A program made the translations under genes and the position numbers. Below, piece by piece: positions 1 to 9,477 of a DNA stretch of 64,000 bases. Each line of letters opens with the position of its first letter. Within the stretch, counting starts at the first letter, position 1. The notes under the pieces were generated by a model. It had not been told where the DNA came from. It searched no databases and saw only the letters and a list, made by a program, of their open reading frames with translations. The stretch is taken from sequence record PX880099.1; one strand, written 5' to 3'. This DNA is from a phage.

Positions 1-2076
1 GTGGCAAAGAAAAAGGCAGCAGGTAGTTTAGCTGGAGTAGATATTGAAGTAAAGGCTCAACCAGGTAAACAGACTCTTGCAATGGATTTAATGCCAGAAG
101 TTATGATTTATGGTGGTGCCGCTGGATGTGTTTCTGCTGAAACGGAATATCTTACAAAAGATGGTTGGAGACAGATTAGTGAATATTCGGGAGAGGATAT
201 TTACCAATACAACCCTAAGAATAAGCGTTTAGAATTGGTAACACCTTATTTTGTAGAATACGATTTAAATGGAGATAACCTATACAGAATAACAAATGGT
301 GTAGGATTGTTCCAAGAACTTAGTATGGAACACCGTTTTGTATTCTATAAGAAAAAGAAATCAAAGAAACATTTTGAGATTCTTGTAGGAGATCTTATTG
401 CATTACAGCAAATAGGAAAACCCCTTCAAGGTTATGTAGAAAATCCATTCGGTAAACGTGTTCCTTTTAACATACCTGGTAAAAAGAGTACTTACTTAAA
501 AATACACGAGGTTATTTCAACAGATGATAAGAAATATTGTTTTGAGACTCCAAGCAGTTATATTGTCTTTAGACGTGGCGATCACTGCTTCGTTACTGGG
601 AATAGCGGCAAGTCTCGTCTGCTATTGCTGAAAGCTTTAAAATACGCCTACAAAGATCCTTTGTTTGGTGGAATACTTTTTCGTAAGAACACCACTGCTC
701 ACCGTAAACCAGGTGGTCTGTTTACAGAAGCAAAACGTTTGTATCTTCCTTTACAACCGCACGTAAAAGAAAGTACAATGGATATCATTTTTGAAGCCAC
801 TGGTGGCGGAACCCTCAAATTCGACCATTTGGAAAATGATAACGTAACAGCAGAAACAAACCATCAGGGTACACAGTATTCAATGGTAGGTTTTGACGAG
901 TTAACCCACTTCACGCAATATGAAATGCTCTATCTTCTGGGACGTATGCGTTCAGAATCAGAAACAAGCTTCATGTTGTGCACATGTAACCCCGATGCAG
1001 ATAGTTGGGTTTTGAATTGGGTGTTACCTTATCTTGATGAGGGTGGTTATCCTAGAGAAGATATGTGTGGTAAACAAAAATATTTCATCATTGTTAACGA
1101 TGAACCTGTTTTTGCTGACACACCTGAAGAACTGAAAGAAAAATATCCAGAAAACTGTTTCATGGAAAACCCTAATACAGGGGAGACAGTTGTTATTGAA
1201 CCACAAACTTTCGTATTTATTGGTGGGACAATATTTGATAACCCAGAACTGATTAGGCTTAACCCTAATTACTTAGCACAGCTTAAATCACAAACAGCAA
1301 TTAAAAGAGCACAGCTTCTGGATGGTTGTTGGTTTGCACGTATTCAGAAAGAATCTTTCTTTCAACGTGAATGGTTACATAAAATATCTTATAAAGATGT
1401 TCCTAACAATCTTAAACTAATGCGAGCCTGGGATAAAGCTGTTTCAGTTCCTACAGAAACTTATCGTTATCCAGACTATACAACGTCTGTCAAAATGGGT
1501 AAAGATCAAGATGGTAATATCTACATCTTTGGTGACTATGACTATGACGCTGTGGACGAGAAAAGTAAAATTTTCGGAAGGTTTAGAAGACTACCTGGGG
1601 AAAGGGATAATCTGATTCTTAATCAATGTAAGATTGATGGACCAGAAGTTACAGTAGTGCTTCCTAAAGACCCATCTGGTGCTGGGACAATAGAATATAC
1701 AGAGTCTGCAAAGAAACTTATTCTAGAAGGTTTTGTTGTTAAACCAGATGCTATGCCAGGTAACAAGAAAAAGCTTCAGCGTTTTATGCCTTTTAGTAGC
1801 GCGTGTCAAAATGGTTTTGTTTATATTGTTGAAGATTCTTTCCCTAATGTGGAAACTCTAACCCACTTTTATAAAGAATTGGAATCTTTCAATGGTGAAA
1901 GATCTACAGCCACTATTAAAGATGACATTCCCGATGCTGCTGCTTCTTGTTTCAATACTCTGTCAAAAGAGAATACTTTCAAGGCAGTAGCTATCCCTGC
2001 AACAACAAATGCTCCTACAGGATACAGTAGAATGAACAGCGGATTTCACCAACCGTATAGTGTCCGTAAAAGATAA
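1..2076 (+). CDS. Terminase large subunit; P-loop interrupted by putative mini-intein; may be 5'-partial at window edge
   Basis: 691-aa ORF. Split Walker A (YGGAAG / intein / SGKS), Walker B-like VGFDELTHF, CTCNP motif; portal-sized gene follows. ORF starts at GTG at nt 1 so true start may lie upstream. Confidence 0.8.
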   Translation: MAKKKAAGSLAGVDIEVKAQPGKQTLAMDLMPEVMIYGGAAGCVSAETEYLTKDGWRQISEYSGEDIYQYNPKNKRLELVTPYFVEYDLNGDNLYRITNGVGLFQELSMEHRFVFYKKKKSKKHFEILVGDLIALQQIGKPLQGYVENPFGKRVPFNIPGKKSTYLKIHEVISTDDKKYCFETPSSYIVFRRGDHCFVTGNSGKSRLLLLKALKYAYKDPLFGGILFRKNTTAHRKPGGLFTEAKRLYLPLQPHVKESTMDIIFEATGGGTLKFDHLENDNVTAETNHQGTQYSMVGFDELTHFTQYEMLYLLGRMRSESETSFMLCTCNPDADSWVLNWVLPYLDEGGYPREDMCGKQKYFIIVNDEPVFADTPEELKEKYPENCFMENPNTGETVVIEPQTFVFIGGTIFDNPELIRLNPNYLAQLKSQTAIKRAQLLDGCWFARIQKESFFQREWLHKISYKDVPNNLKLMRAWDKAVSVPTETYRYPDYTTSVKMGKDQDGNIYIFGDYDYDAVDEKSKIFGRFRRLPGERDNLILNQCKIDGPEVTVVLPKDPSGAGTIEYTESAKKLILEGFVVKPDAMPGNKKKLQRFMPFSSACQNGFVYIVEDSFPNVETLTHFYKELESFNGERSTATIKDDIPDAAASCFNTLSKENTFKAVAIPATTNAPTGYSRMNSGFHQPYSVRKR
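127..603 (+). other. Putative mini-intein (159 aa) inside terminase Walker A
   Basis: Insert begins with Cys (codon 127-129, CVSAETEYLTKDGW) and ends with Asn (601-603) followed by Ser. Removing it restores GAAGSGKS. Too short for a homing endonuclease domain. Confidence 0.6.
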
Positions 2077-2079
2077 TTG

Positions 2080-2108
2080 TTGACAAAAGTCACTTTAAAG
2101 TGTATTAT
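2080..2108 (+). promoter_or_regulatory. Sigma70-like promoter candidate upstream of portal gene
   Basis: TTGACA (2080-2085), 17-nt spacer, TATTAT (2103-2108), TG just upstream of the -10. Confidence 0.5.
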
Positions 2109-2177
2109 AACTAGATAGGTGAGGTTGTATATAATACAGCCTTGCCTTAACGATTTTATACCTGACTGGAGGAACAA

Positions 2178-3743
2178 GTGTCAACAGGAAAAAGAACGTA
2201 CACTAAAAAGTCAGAATACTGGGACAAAGGTGCTGCAAATAAAGCTGCTCTCTCTCCAACAAAAGAAGCAGAGAAAGAGAAAACGTTACTCCTGTCACCT
2301 GAAATAGGAACGATCGGATTAAACTCAATCAAAGCATTTACGAATTTCATGCAACCTTATGAGACTCGTTTCCCAGAATGTATTCGAACTTTTAAAGAGA
2401 TGGGTGAAGACCCTGATGTAGCTACTGCTCTTGATGCTACGTATATCTTTGTAGATAGAGCATTCTTTGATTTTAAGATAAAATACAATGTAAGCTCGGC
2501 AAAGTCAAGAAAAGCTGCTAAGTTTATTGATTATATGTTACGTAATATGCAAGCCCCTCTACGTCAATATGTTAGATCACTTTTGACATATAAACAATAT
2601 GGGTTTGCATTCGCAGAAAAAGTTTATGAGTTGGATGAAGATCCTAAGAGTCCTTACTTTGGGTATTGGCGATTAACTAAGCTGGCTTTTAGACCACAAG
2701 ATACTCTTCACATGGCTCAACCTTTTACATATTCGGCAGACGGACGTTCTATCTTGTCTGTTAACCAGAATATCACCAATACAATGTTAGCCCCAGGGAA
2801 TACAACTTTAGAAACTGGTATTAAAGAAATTCCTTTCAGTAAAGTTTTATTTGTTGGTAGCAACATTACAGAGAATAACCCACTAGGAGTTAGTCCGCTT
2901 TTAGCTGTATATCGTAGCTGGCGTGAAAAATCTCTTATTCAGGAATTTGAGGTTATTGGGGTATCTAAAGATTTAGGCGGTATGCCAGTTCTTAAGGTTC
3001 CAAGTGACATTCTAAACAGGGCATCTTTAGATCCTGCTGGGGATGAAGCACAATCTCTTCGAGTTCTCCAAGCCAACATCGCTAACCTGCACTCTGGTGA
3101 GCAAGCCTACATGGTATTGCCTTCAGACGTTTATGAAGGTACAGTGATGCGTCAATACGATCTTGTATTCCAAGGTGTTGATGGCACGGGTAAACAGTTT
3201 GACACTCAAGCACTAATCAAACAACGCAAACTGGATATTTATAACCGCTTTGGTGCGGGTGTGTTGATTATGGGTGATGGTGATGCAGGAAGTTTTGCGC
3301 TTTCTGACAACAAACAAACACTATTGTCTCATTTTATTGAGCGAGATGTAGATATTGTTGTAGAAGCTATAAACTCTCAACTGATCCCTCAAACACTACG
3401 ACTAAACAATATCTTCCTTTCTGATGAAGATATGCCTAAGTTTGTCAGTGGTGAAATGGGTGATCCTGATATTGAAGTAAATGCTAAAGCTATTCAGCAG
3501 TTGGTAGCCTCTGGTGCAATACCTTTAACCCCAGAAGTTATTAACGAGTTCCTTGAAAAAATTGGTTTCGAATATCGCATCCCTGACGATATTGTTGCCA
3601 ATAAAGAGAAATTCTTTGAATTCATGGATAACTATATGCCTGACAAAACTTCACGATCAGGAGATGGTTTAGCTACAGCAGGTACTGGAACATCGGATAC
3701 TGTTTCTGCTTTAGATCCTTCAGCACAAAACCTGTCGAATTAA
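2178..3743 (+). CDS. Putative portal protein
   Basis: 521-aa ORF directly after terminase; GGAGG RBS before GTG start. Assignment by position and size only. Confidence 0.55.
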   Translation: MSTGKRTYTKKSEYWDKGAANKAALSPTKEAEKEKTLLLSPEIGTIGLNSIKAFTNFMQPYETRFPECIRTFKEMGEDPDVATALDATYIFVDRAFFDFKIKYNVSSAKSRKAAKFIDYMLRNMQAPLRQYVRSLLTYKQYGFAFAEKVYELDEDPKSPYFGYWRLTKLAFRPQDTLHMAQPFTYSADGRSILSVNQNITNTMLAPGNTTLETGIKEIPFSKVLFVGSNITENNPLGVSPLLAVYRSWREKSLIQEFEVIGVSKDLGGMPVLKVPSDILNRASLDPAGDEAQSLRVLQANIANLHSGEQAYMVLPSDVYEGTVMRQYDLVFQGVDGTGKQFDTQALIKQRKLDIYNRFGAGVLIMGDGDAGSFALSDNKQTLLSHFIERDVDIVVEAINSQLIPQTLRLNNIFLSDEDMPKFVSGEMGDPDIEVNAKAIQQLVASGAIPLTPEVINEFLEKIGFEYRIPDDIVANKEKFFEFMDNYMPDKTSRSGDGLATAGTGTSDTVSALDPSAQNLSN

Positions 3744-3772
3744 AAATATTTAATATTTTTTAATTTTTCTAT

Positions 3773-3800
3773 TGACAAAACAACAAATATCCTGTAGACT
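3773..3800 (+). promoter_or_regulatory. Promoter candidate
   Basis: TTGACA (3773-3778), 16-nt spacer, TAGACT, in AT-rich intergenic region before gene at 3837. Confidence 0.3.
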
Positions 3801-3836
3801 AAGATTTATGGGATATCTGTTTTTAAGAGGTTTCAA

Positions 3837-4316
3837 ATGGAACTCAATAAAGATACACTGTGGGAACTCTTCAAAACCTTCGCTGGTTTTAAAGAGAATT
3901 CTGAATCCCAACAAGATTCTATACCATCTCAAAAACCTGAAACTTTAGTCAAACAAAATAAATTTGATGAAGAAAAGATGCAGGTTATTGAGGTCTTGTA
4001 TTGTCCACCTGAAGAAGACGATCTCCACGGAGAGCGCATGTCTGATTTGGAAATCAGGAAGATGGTTGACAACTTCAATGAGAATATTACCAACATTAGC
4101 GGTAATCTTGGTCACATGAAGAACACCGATAAGTTTTCTCCAATTAAAGCTTGGGTAAATGAAGTCGATTGTTACATTGGTGACGAACTCGTTGTGGAAG
4201 GAACTCCCCTCGTTAAAATCCAATTCAACGACCCTGAATTATATCAAGCTCGTAAAGACGGCGTTCTTAAAGGTTTGAGTATAGGCGCAATGGGCGTTAA
4301 AGTCAAGAAGGACTAA
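3837..4316 (+). CDS. Hypothetical protein in head module
   Basis: 159-aa ORF between portal and scaffold-like genes; AAGAGG-type RBS. Confidence 0.55.
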   Translation: MELNKDTLWELFKTFAGFKENSESQQDSIPSQKPETLVKQNKFDEEKMQVIEVLYCPPEEDDLHGERMSDLEIRKMVDNFNENITNISGNLGHMKNTDKFSPIKAWVNEVDCYIGDELVVEGTPLVKIQFNDPELYQARKDGVLKGLSIGAMGVKVKKD

Positions 4317-4318
4317 TC

Positions 4319-5434
4319 GTGGCAAATACATATTTAACTAACGTAGACTTTTCAGGAAAAGCTACGGAAGAGTCACTAGGTGCTCATATTGCTTACACTT
4401 TTGATTTTCAAGGTGGAGCGGCATCTGGTTATAATACCCCCCTTTTATTTAAGTCAGACGGATCTCCAGACATAACTTTTGAAAAGTTAGAAGCTCTCAC
4501 TAAAATGGGAGAAGATGTTACAGAGTTACGTAAAAGCTATATTCAACAAGTGATGGATCGCATCTCTGAAAAAGTGCGTGAAAAATTTGAAGCTGGTTCG
4601 GATTGGGTTTACGTTATTGATGCTGACTTCGATGCGAACGTTGCAATTTTCTGTTCAGATAACGGTATGTTCTCTGTTGGCTTTAAAGTTGACGGACTGA
4701 ATGTTGAAGTTGAAGAGGTTGCTAAACCTGTTGTTCGTGTTACTGATTATCAAGTTGTTGATGGTGATGTAATGATCTCCATTGATTTCTTTGAGGACGT
4801 TTTAGACGATGCTTTGAGTAATCTCGTTAAGAGTTCCTTGAAACAAAGTCAAGTTAAAGATTATTTAGTGAAAGCTCACGCTAAAGCTAATACAAACTCT
4901 GTGGATGCAGAGGCTAACCCCGCAGGTGATAAATCTGCAAACACAACTGGAATCAATAAAGGAGAAACCCCTTTGGAAAATATCAACAAAGAAGAATTCC
5001 TGAAATCTGCTGAATTCCAAGAACTGATGAAAGCACAGATCGCTGAAGCTGTAGAAAAAGCAGCCGCAGATGCACGTGCAGCCGCAGAACTTGAAGCACA
5101 GGAAAAAATCGCTAAGGCAGAACAGGAAGCAGAAGAACTTCGTAAAGCTGAACAAGCTCGTATCGAAGAAGAATATACAACTGTTGTTAAATCCTATTCT
5201 TTCGTAGAAGAAGACAAAGTTGAAGCTCTCGTTAAATATCTGGTAGACAATAAAGATATCGCTGAAACTATCGTCAAAGCATTCGAAAAAGCACGTGCAG
5301 AAGTGGACGCAGTTAAGAAAGAATTTGGAACAGAACGTGGTGTTGACGTGATCAATACTCAACCTGTAGCTAAATCTTCTTCTGAACTGATTAGTCAGAA
5401 AGCTGCTGAACTTAAAAAAGCCCAGAAACAATAA
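4319..5434 (+). CDS. Putative scaffolding protein, possibly protease/scaffold fusion
   Basis: 371 aa; C-terminal third is A/E/K-rich predicted coiled coil (AEAVEKAAADARAAAELEAQEKIAKAEQEAEELRKAEQ); lies between portal and capsid genes as lambda C/Nu3 does. Confidence 0.45.
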   Translation: MANTYLTNVDFSGKATEESLGAHIAYTFDFQGGAASGYNTPLLFKSDGSPDITFEKLEALTKMGEDVTELRKSYIQQVMDRISEKVREKFEAGSDWVYVIDADFDANVAIFCSDNGMFSVGFKVDGLNVEVEEVAKPVVRVTDYQVVDGDVMISIDFFEDVLDDALSNLVKSSLKQSQVKDYLVKAHAKANTNSVDAEANPAGDKSANTTGINKGETPLENINKEEFLKSAEFQELMKAQIAEAVEKAAADARAAAELEAQEKIAKAEQEAEELRKAEQARIEEEYTTVVKSYSFVEEDKVEALVKYLVDNKDIAETIVKAFEKARAEVDAVKKEFGTERGVDVINTQPVAKSSSELISQKAAELKKAQKQ

Positions 5435-5453
5435 TCTTAGGAGATTAAATTAA

Positions 5454-5852
5454 ATGGCTAAAGGAATTACTTTATCTAACTCTCGCCAGGAATTCGGACA
5501 CCTGGTTCTGGGTGGAGTGTTTAGCTCTGACCTTGGACACTGTGTACGTGAAGTTAACCTGGTTAAAACAGCAACCATGAAAATTGGTTCTATCCTGAAA
5601 GCTGACAACACTGAAGCTGCTAAAGCTGAAGCTGCCGATGCTGCTAAAGTTCTGATTTGGACTGATGCTCTGTTCGGTATTGACGATGTAGCAGTAGGTG
5701 ACACTTTCACCGCAGTTGTTGGCGTACGTGATCTTACTCTGAACCGCTTTGCAGTATACTACAAAGATGGCTCCCTGGTAGATGACGCTGGCGTAGCAGC
5801 ACTGGAAACACATGATCTGAAACTGACCGAAAAAGTCGTTTTCACTTCTTAA
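5454..5852 (+). CDS. Putative head decoration / capsid-associated protein
   Basis: 132 aa, directly upstream of major capsid gene (lambda D-E-like arrangement); strong RBS GGAGA; host-preferred codons suggest high expression. Confidence 0.4.
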   Translation: MAKGITLSNSRQEFGHLVLGGVFSSDLGHCVREVNLVKTATMKIGSILKADNTEAAKAEAADAAKVLIWTDALFGIDDVAVGDTFTAVVGVRDLTLNRFAVYYKDGSLVDDAGVAALETHDLKLTEKVVFTS

Positions 5853-5873
5853 TTTTAATAGGAGATTAATATA

Positions 5874-6875
5874 ATGCCAGCAGTAATTTTAGATCAGGTT
5901 GTAGATTTCAGCCCTATGATCGAACTTCAGGATTCCCCTGATACACTGATTGCCAGCCTGAATCTGTTCAGTGTTGACTATCATTCAACTACCGCTATTG
6001 AAATCGGTAAAGAAAAAGCTGAAGATGCTCTGATCTCCGCTCGTGAGCGTGGTGGTGAGCGTAACTTCCTGACCATGAAAAATCCAGAACTGAAAGCGTT
6101 CCGTATTCCGTTCTTCCCTCTGGATAAAAACATCAAAGCTCAAGATATTCAATCTTTCCGTAGCTTTGCGATGGCAGGAATCAATGACTCTCTGCGCACA
6201 GACGCTGAAGTTGTTAACCGCTATATGTCCCAGATTCTGCGTGACGTAGCAAAAACCAAAGAGAAAATCTTTGCAGAAGCAGTTATGGGTCGTGCCTATA
6301 ACGGCGTAGGTGGTGCAGCTAACTCTGCATACAACTGGTATACCGAGTGGAATGCTACCCAGAAATCTGTTGCTGTAGACTTTGCTTCTACCACTGTTTC
6401 TCCAGCAGCCACTATCGAGCAAGAAGCTCGTGCTTACATCATCGATACTAAACAAGATGGCTCTACCGCTACTCGTATCGTAGCTCTGTGTTCTCGTGAA
6501 TTTTTCGCATCTCTGGTTAACTCTCCATTTGTTCGCCAGGCGTATCAGTATTTCCAGGGAACTCCTAACCTTCTGCGTGACCGCCTTAGCGGTAACATGG
6601 ATGTTCAGGTGTTCGAATGGAACGGTGTAACTTACATTGAAGATATCCACGGTAACATCCCTGCTGGTGAAGCATATGTTCTGCCTATGGGTATCGAAGG
6701 TATGTTCCAGGCGCACTACGCTCCTGCGGATACTCCAGAACTGGCTAACACCCAGGCTCGTGAACTGTATACCTTCATGATCAGCCAGCACCGCACTATT
6801 CAGCTTCAGTCTGAATTCTCGCTGCTCGCAGTTAACACCCGTCCAGAACTGGTAGTTAAACTGACTACGGCTTAA
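5874..6875 (+). CDS. Major capsid protein, lambda gpE-like family
   Basis: 333 aa; C-terminal region resembles lambda gpE (LANTQARELYTF... SLLAVNTRPELVVKL versus gpE GNTQARGLRTYG... LLADPDEFVSVQLA); strong terminator follows. Confidence 0.75.
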   Translation: MPAVILDQVVDFSPMIELQDSPDTLIASLNLFSVDYHSTTAIEIGKEKAEDALISARERGGERNFLTMKNPELKAFRIPFFPLDKNIKAQDIQSFRSFAMAGINDSLRTDAEVVNRYMSQILRDVAKTKEKIFAEAVMGRAYNGVGGAANSAYNWYTEWNATQKSVAVDFASTTVSPAATIEQEARAYIIDTKQDGSTATRIVALCSREFFASLVNSPFVRQAYQYFQGTPNLLRDRLSGNMDVQVFEWNGVTYIEDIHGNIPAGEAYVLPMGIEGMFQAHYAPADTPELANTQARELYTFMISQHRTIQLQSEFSLLAVNTRPELVVKLTTA

Positions 6876-6886
6876 CAGAACTCTGT

Positions 6887-6920
6887 TAAGATTAGAGGCT
6901 CGTCCGTGATGGGCGAGCCT
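6887..6920 (+). terminator. Rho-independent terminator after capsid gene
   Basis: AGGCTCGTCC / GTGAT loop / GGGCGAGCCT (10-bp stem, one G-U) followed by TTTTCTGTTT. Confidence 0.7.
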
Positions 6921-6959
6921 TTTCTGTTTACAATAAGAGTTTACAACGAGGAGATTGAT

Positions 6960-7304
6960 ATGTCAAACCCAGAATTGAAACGTTACTTTAGTTATCACGA
7001 AATGATTCGTGATTTCGAATCGCTTTCACCACTGATCGATGCTGATAAAACATTAGTATCTGCACCACCAATGTCTTTCTATCTGAAAGATGGTCGTATT
7101 GCATTAGGTGGAAACTTCATTCACTTCCTCACGCGTTTGAGAGAAGAAACAGGTATTCTTGTGCATCCTTTTGCAAGTGAAGAACACATGGGTTACTATC
7201 TTGTAAGTTACGAAGACTATGCACCTGTAAAAATCAAAGAAGAAGTTTTAAAAGTAGAAGCGGTAGACACTCCAGCTAAAAAACGTTCCCTTCGTAAAAA
7301 ATAA
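6960..7304 (+). CDS. Hypothetical protein
   Basis: ORF called from 6906 but that start lies in the terminator; ATG at 6960 has a GAGGAG RBS. Confidence 0.5.
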   Translation: MSNPELKRYFSYHEMIRDFESLSPLIDADKTLVSAPPMSFYLKDGRIALGGNFIHFLTRLREETGILVHPFASEEHMGYYLVSYEDYAPVKIKEEVLKVEAVDTPAKKRSLRKK

Positions 7305-7313
7305 GGTGGGCTT

Positions 7314-7862
7314 ATGCTGAATGCGGTAGAGTTGGCACCACTGATCCGAATTCTTGTTTATAACCCTTCTCAAGAAGTATTGCCAGATGCAATGCTGATT
7401 CAGATCATCCAAACTTGGATTGATATTATAGGGAATGAAGATAAGGATAAGTGTGCAGTATTGTGGAATAGCTTGATTTCTGTTTTAGAGTATCTATGGA
7501 ACAACGATGTTCTTAACAACAATACTCAAACAGGAGGAGCTATGTCCCGCAGAGAAAAGATGGGTGAAGTCGAAGTTGAAGTTAAATTTAACAACGGTCA
7601 AGTAACTTATAAGTCTCCGTGGGAAGATATCTATCATAACTATTTAAATGGTCTTATGGTCATTCCTGGGTGCACGGCAGGACGAGGAGCAACCAGTAAA
7701 GTTCTTATTGGCGGTGTGGATGCTCGTGAGATTGATCGAGTAAACAGCGATCCTAACTCTGTGAATGGTCTTGGTAATGTTGCAAGTGTTGATCGTAATA
7801 CACGTAACGTTAATTATTTGCGAAATTACGGACCTGTTTCTTTTTATCGTAGGGACAAATAA
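7314..7862 (+). CDS. Putative head-tail connector/adaptor protein
   Basis: 182 aa, between capsid and sheath genes; N-terminus resembles gp6-like connector proteins. Weak. Confidence 0.4.
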   Translation: MLNAVELAPLIRILVYNPSQEVLPDAMLIQIIQTWIDIIGNEDKDKCAVLWNSLISVLEYLWNNDVLNNNTQTGGAMSRREKMGEVEVEVKFNNGQVTYKSPWEDIYHNYLNGLMVIPGCTAGRGATSKVLIGGVDAREIDRVNSDPNSVNGLGNVASVDRNTRNVNYLRNYGPVSFYRRDK

Positions 7863-8350
7863 TGGAAAGTGAGATCTTACCAGGTGACGATACAGATTGG
7901 GAAACCATTATCAAAAAGATGATGGACCTTGAACAAGTTCAAATCGAAGCTGGTTTTTTAACAAACAAAAGGCATCCTGAATCAGATCTCACTATTCCTG
8001 CAATAGCAGCTATTCAACAATACGGTAATGAAACAAATAACATACCTGCTCGTCCTTTTATAACAGATGGTGCTGTTATCTCACAGAACAATATCGCTAA
8101 AAAGATGAAGCAGGTTTTTGCAAATTACCTAATGAACAATGTTGGATTAGCTGTTTTTGAGCCTATAGCGAGAGCCTCTAGAGAAGGAATAGCTCAAGCG
8201 ATTGCAATGCAACGTTATCGTCCTTTATCTCCTGTGACAATTAAGATACGACAAGATAAAGGCAACTATTCTAATCATATCTTAATAGATACGGCATACA
8301 TGATAAATGCAATCGAAACAAAAATCACAAAAAGCAAGTCTAAAAAATAA
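7862..8350 (+). CDS. Putative neck/head-completion protein
   Basis: 162 aa; start overlaps previous stop (ATAATGG); position in neck module. Confidence 0.4.
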   Translation: MESEILPGDDTDWETIIKKMMDLEQVQIEAGFLTNKRHPESDLTIPAIAAIQQYGNETNNIPARPFITDGAVISQNNIAKKMKQVFANYLMNNVGLAVFEPIARASREGIAQAIAMQRYRPLSPVTIKIRQDKGNYSNHILIDTAYMINAIETKITKSKSKK

Positions 8351-8351
8351 C

Positions 8352-8380
8352 TTGCATAAACTTTGTTTTTGATGTATACT
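8352..8380 (+). promoter_or_regulatory. Promoter candidate
   Basis: TTGCAT (8352-8357), 17-nt spacer, TATACT (8375-8380). Predicted TSS would fall inside the downstream RBS, which lowers confidence. Confidence 0.3.
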
Positions 8381-8395
8381 AAAAAGGAGATACAA

Positions 8396-8812
8396 GTGTT
8401 ACTAGATCAATTTACTCTCCTTGATCTAACTGAATACCAAGGTCGTAGACGAGTCTACAAAGAGGCAGTTGGTTCAGTTATTGCTAACTTAGAAAGTAGT
8501 GTAGAATATGAACCATTTACTATTGAAGCGGCAAGCTTACAACCGATATCTGGTAAAACACTGAATGCACTACCTGAAGGTTACAGATCTAAGGCTCAAT
8601 ATAGTTTCTGGACTAAAACAGAAATGAAGGGGTTACAACAAGGAACAGAACAGTTATCAGATCAGATATTGATAGATGGTAAATGGTATTCTGTTTATTC
8701 CCTTAAAGATTGGACCAGAACATCTTTCTTAGTCCATCATCACTGTGTTGCGATATTAGACGATCAAAACAACTCCTGGTCTTATGGAACAGAAGGAGGA
8801 AACTTTGGCTAA
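8396..8812 (+). CDS. Putative neck/tail-completion protein
   Basis: ORF called from TTG 8363; GTG at 8396 is preceded by AAGGAG at 6-nt spacing. Confidence 0.45.
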   Translation: MLLDQFTLLDLTEYQGRRRVYKEAVGSVIANLESSVEYEPFTIEAASLQPISGKTLNALPEGYRSKAQYSFWTKTEMKGLQQGTEQLSDQILIDGKWYSVYSLKDWTRTSFLVHHHCVAILDDQNNSWSYGTEGGNFG

Positions 8813-9443
8813 TATTTACCAACAAATAGAAGCATACGAAAATGCCATCTACTTAAATATAGGTGGCTTCCTTCAAGAATTAGTGGGGTTGCCAGTCTAT
8901 GTTATGGATAAGCCATTCATTAAACCGGATACTCCTTACCTAGCACTACGTATTATCACTTCCAGCGATTCTGGAGGTTGGTCTTACCGAAGTTCTATTC
9001 AAAATGATATGTATTCCTACGAGATGGATAATACCTACGAGATTGAACTTGTAGCCTATCGTGGAAGACCTACCACTTTGATGAGCTATGTTCTGGCTGC
9101 TCTCCGTGGTGCAGAGGAATTAAAATACAAACATCTCTATTCTAAAGGTCTTGGTTTTTTAGGAGCCTCCAATATAGCTCAAGCCAATACAATTGTAGAC
9201 GGAGATAAGACTGAATTAAGAGCGCGTATGGTTATGACGTTCAACACTCGTATGAGTATTGAAGATATTGCTACTACACCAATAGAAGCAATCAACATGC
9301 ACATCCGTTCATTCAGAGATAGTTACAATGATCCTATCCCTTTAGATTTAATTCTAAACAGGGTTTATGCAATTACTTTGGTTCCAGGCGAATACTCGTC
9401 AGTTAATCAAAATGGATCATTATTTAACAACCCTACCGAATAA
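8784..9443 (+). CDS. Putative tail-completion/sheath-terminator protein
   Basis: 219 aa; alternative in-frame TTG start at 8805 with AAGGAGG RBS; immediately upstream of sheath gene. Confidence 0.4.
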   Translation: MEQKEETLANIYQQIEAYENAIYLNIGGFLQELVGLPVYVMDKPFIKPDTPYLALRIITSSDSGGWSYRSSIQNDMYSYEMDNTYEIELVAYRGRPTTLMSYVLAALRGAEELKYKHLYSKGLGFLGASNIAQANTIVDGDKTELRARMVMTFNTRMSIEDIATTPIEAINMHIRSFRDSYNDPIPLDLILNRVYAITLVPGEYSSVNQNGSLFNNPTE

Positions 9444-9477
9444 ACTCATTGGAATTAAGTTTCTAACAGGAGCATAA

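Noticed and set aside
5985-6791. 268-aa minus-strand ORF inside the major capsid gene
   Set aside because: Antisense to a highly expressed, motif-supported capsid gene; no RBS; treated as a shadow ORF. The same reasoning applies to the minus-strand ORFs at 4865-5431, 5472-5813, 12195-12476 and 16611-16907.
6906-6959. ORF-track start of the 132-aa ORF at 6906
   Set aside because: That start lies inside the capsid-gene terminator hairpin; the ATG at 6960 with a GAGGAG RBS is the more plausible start.
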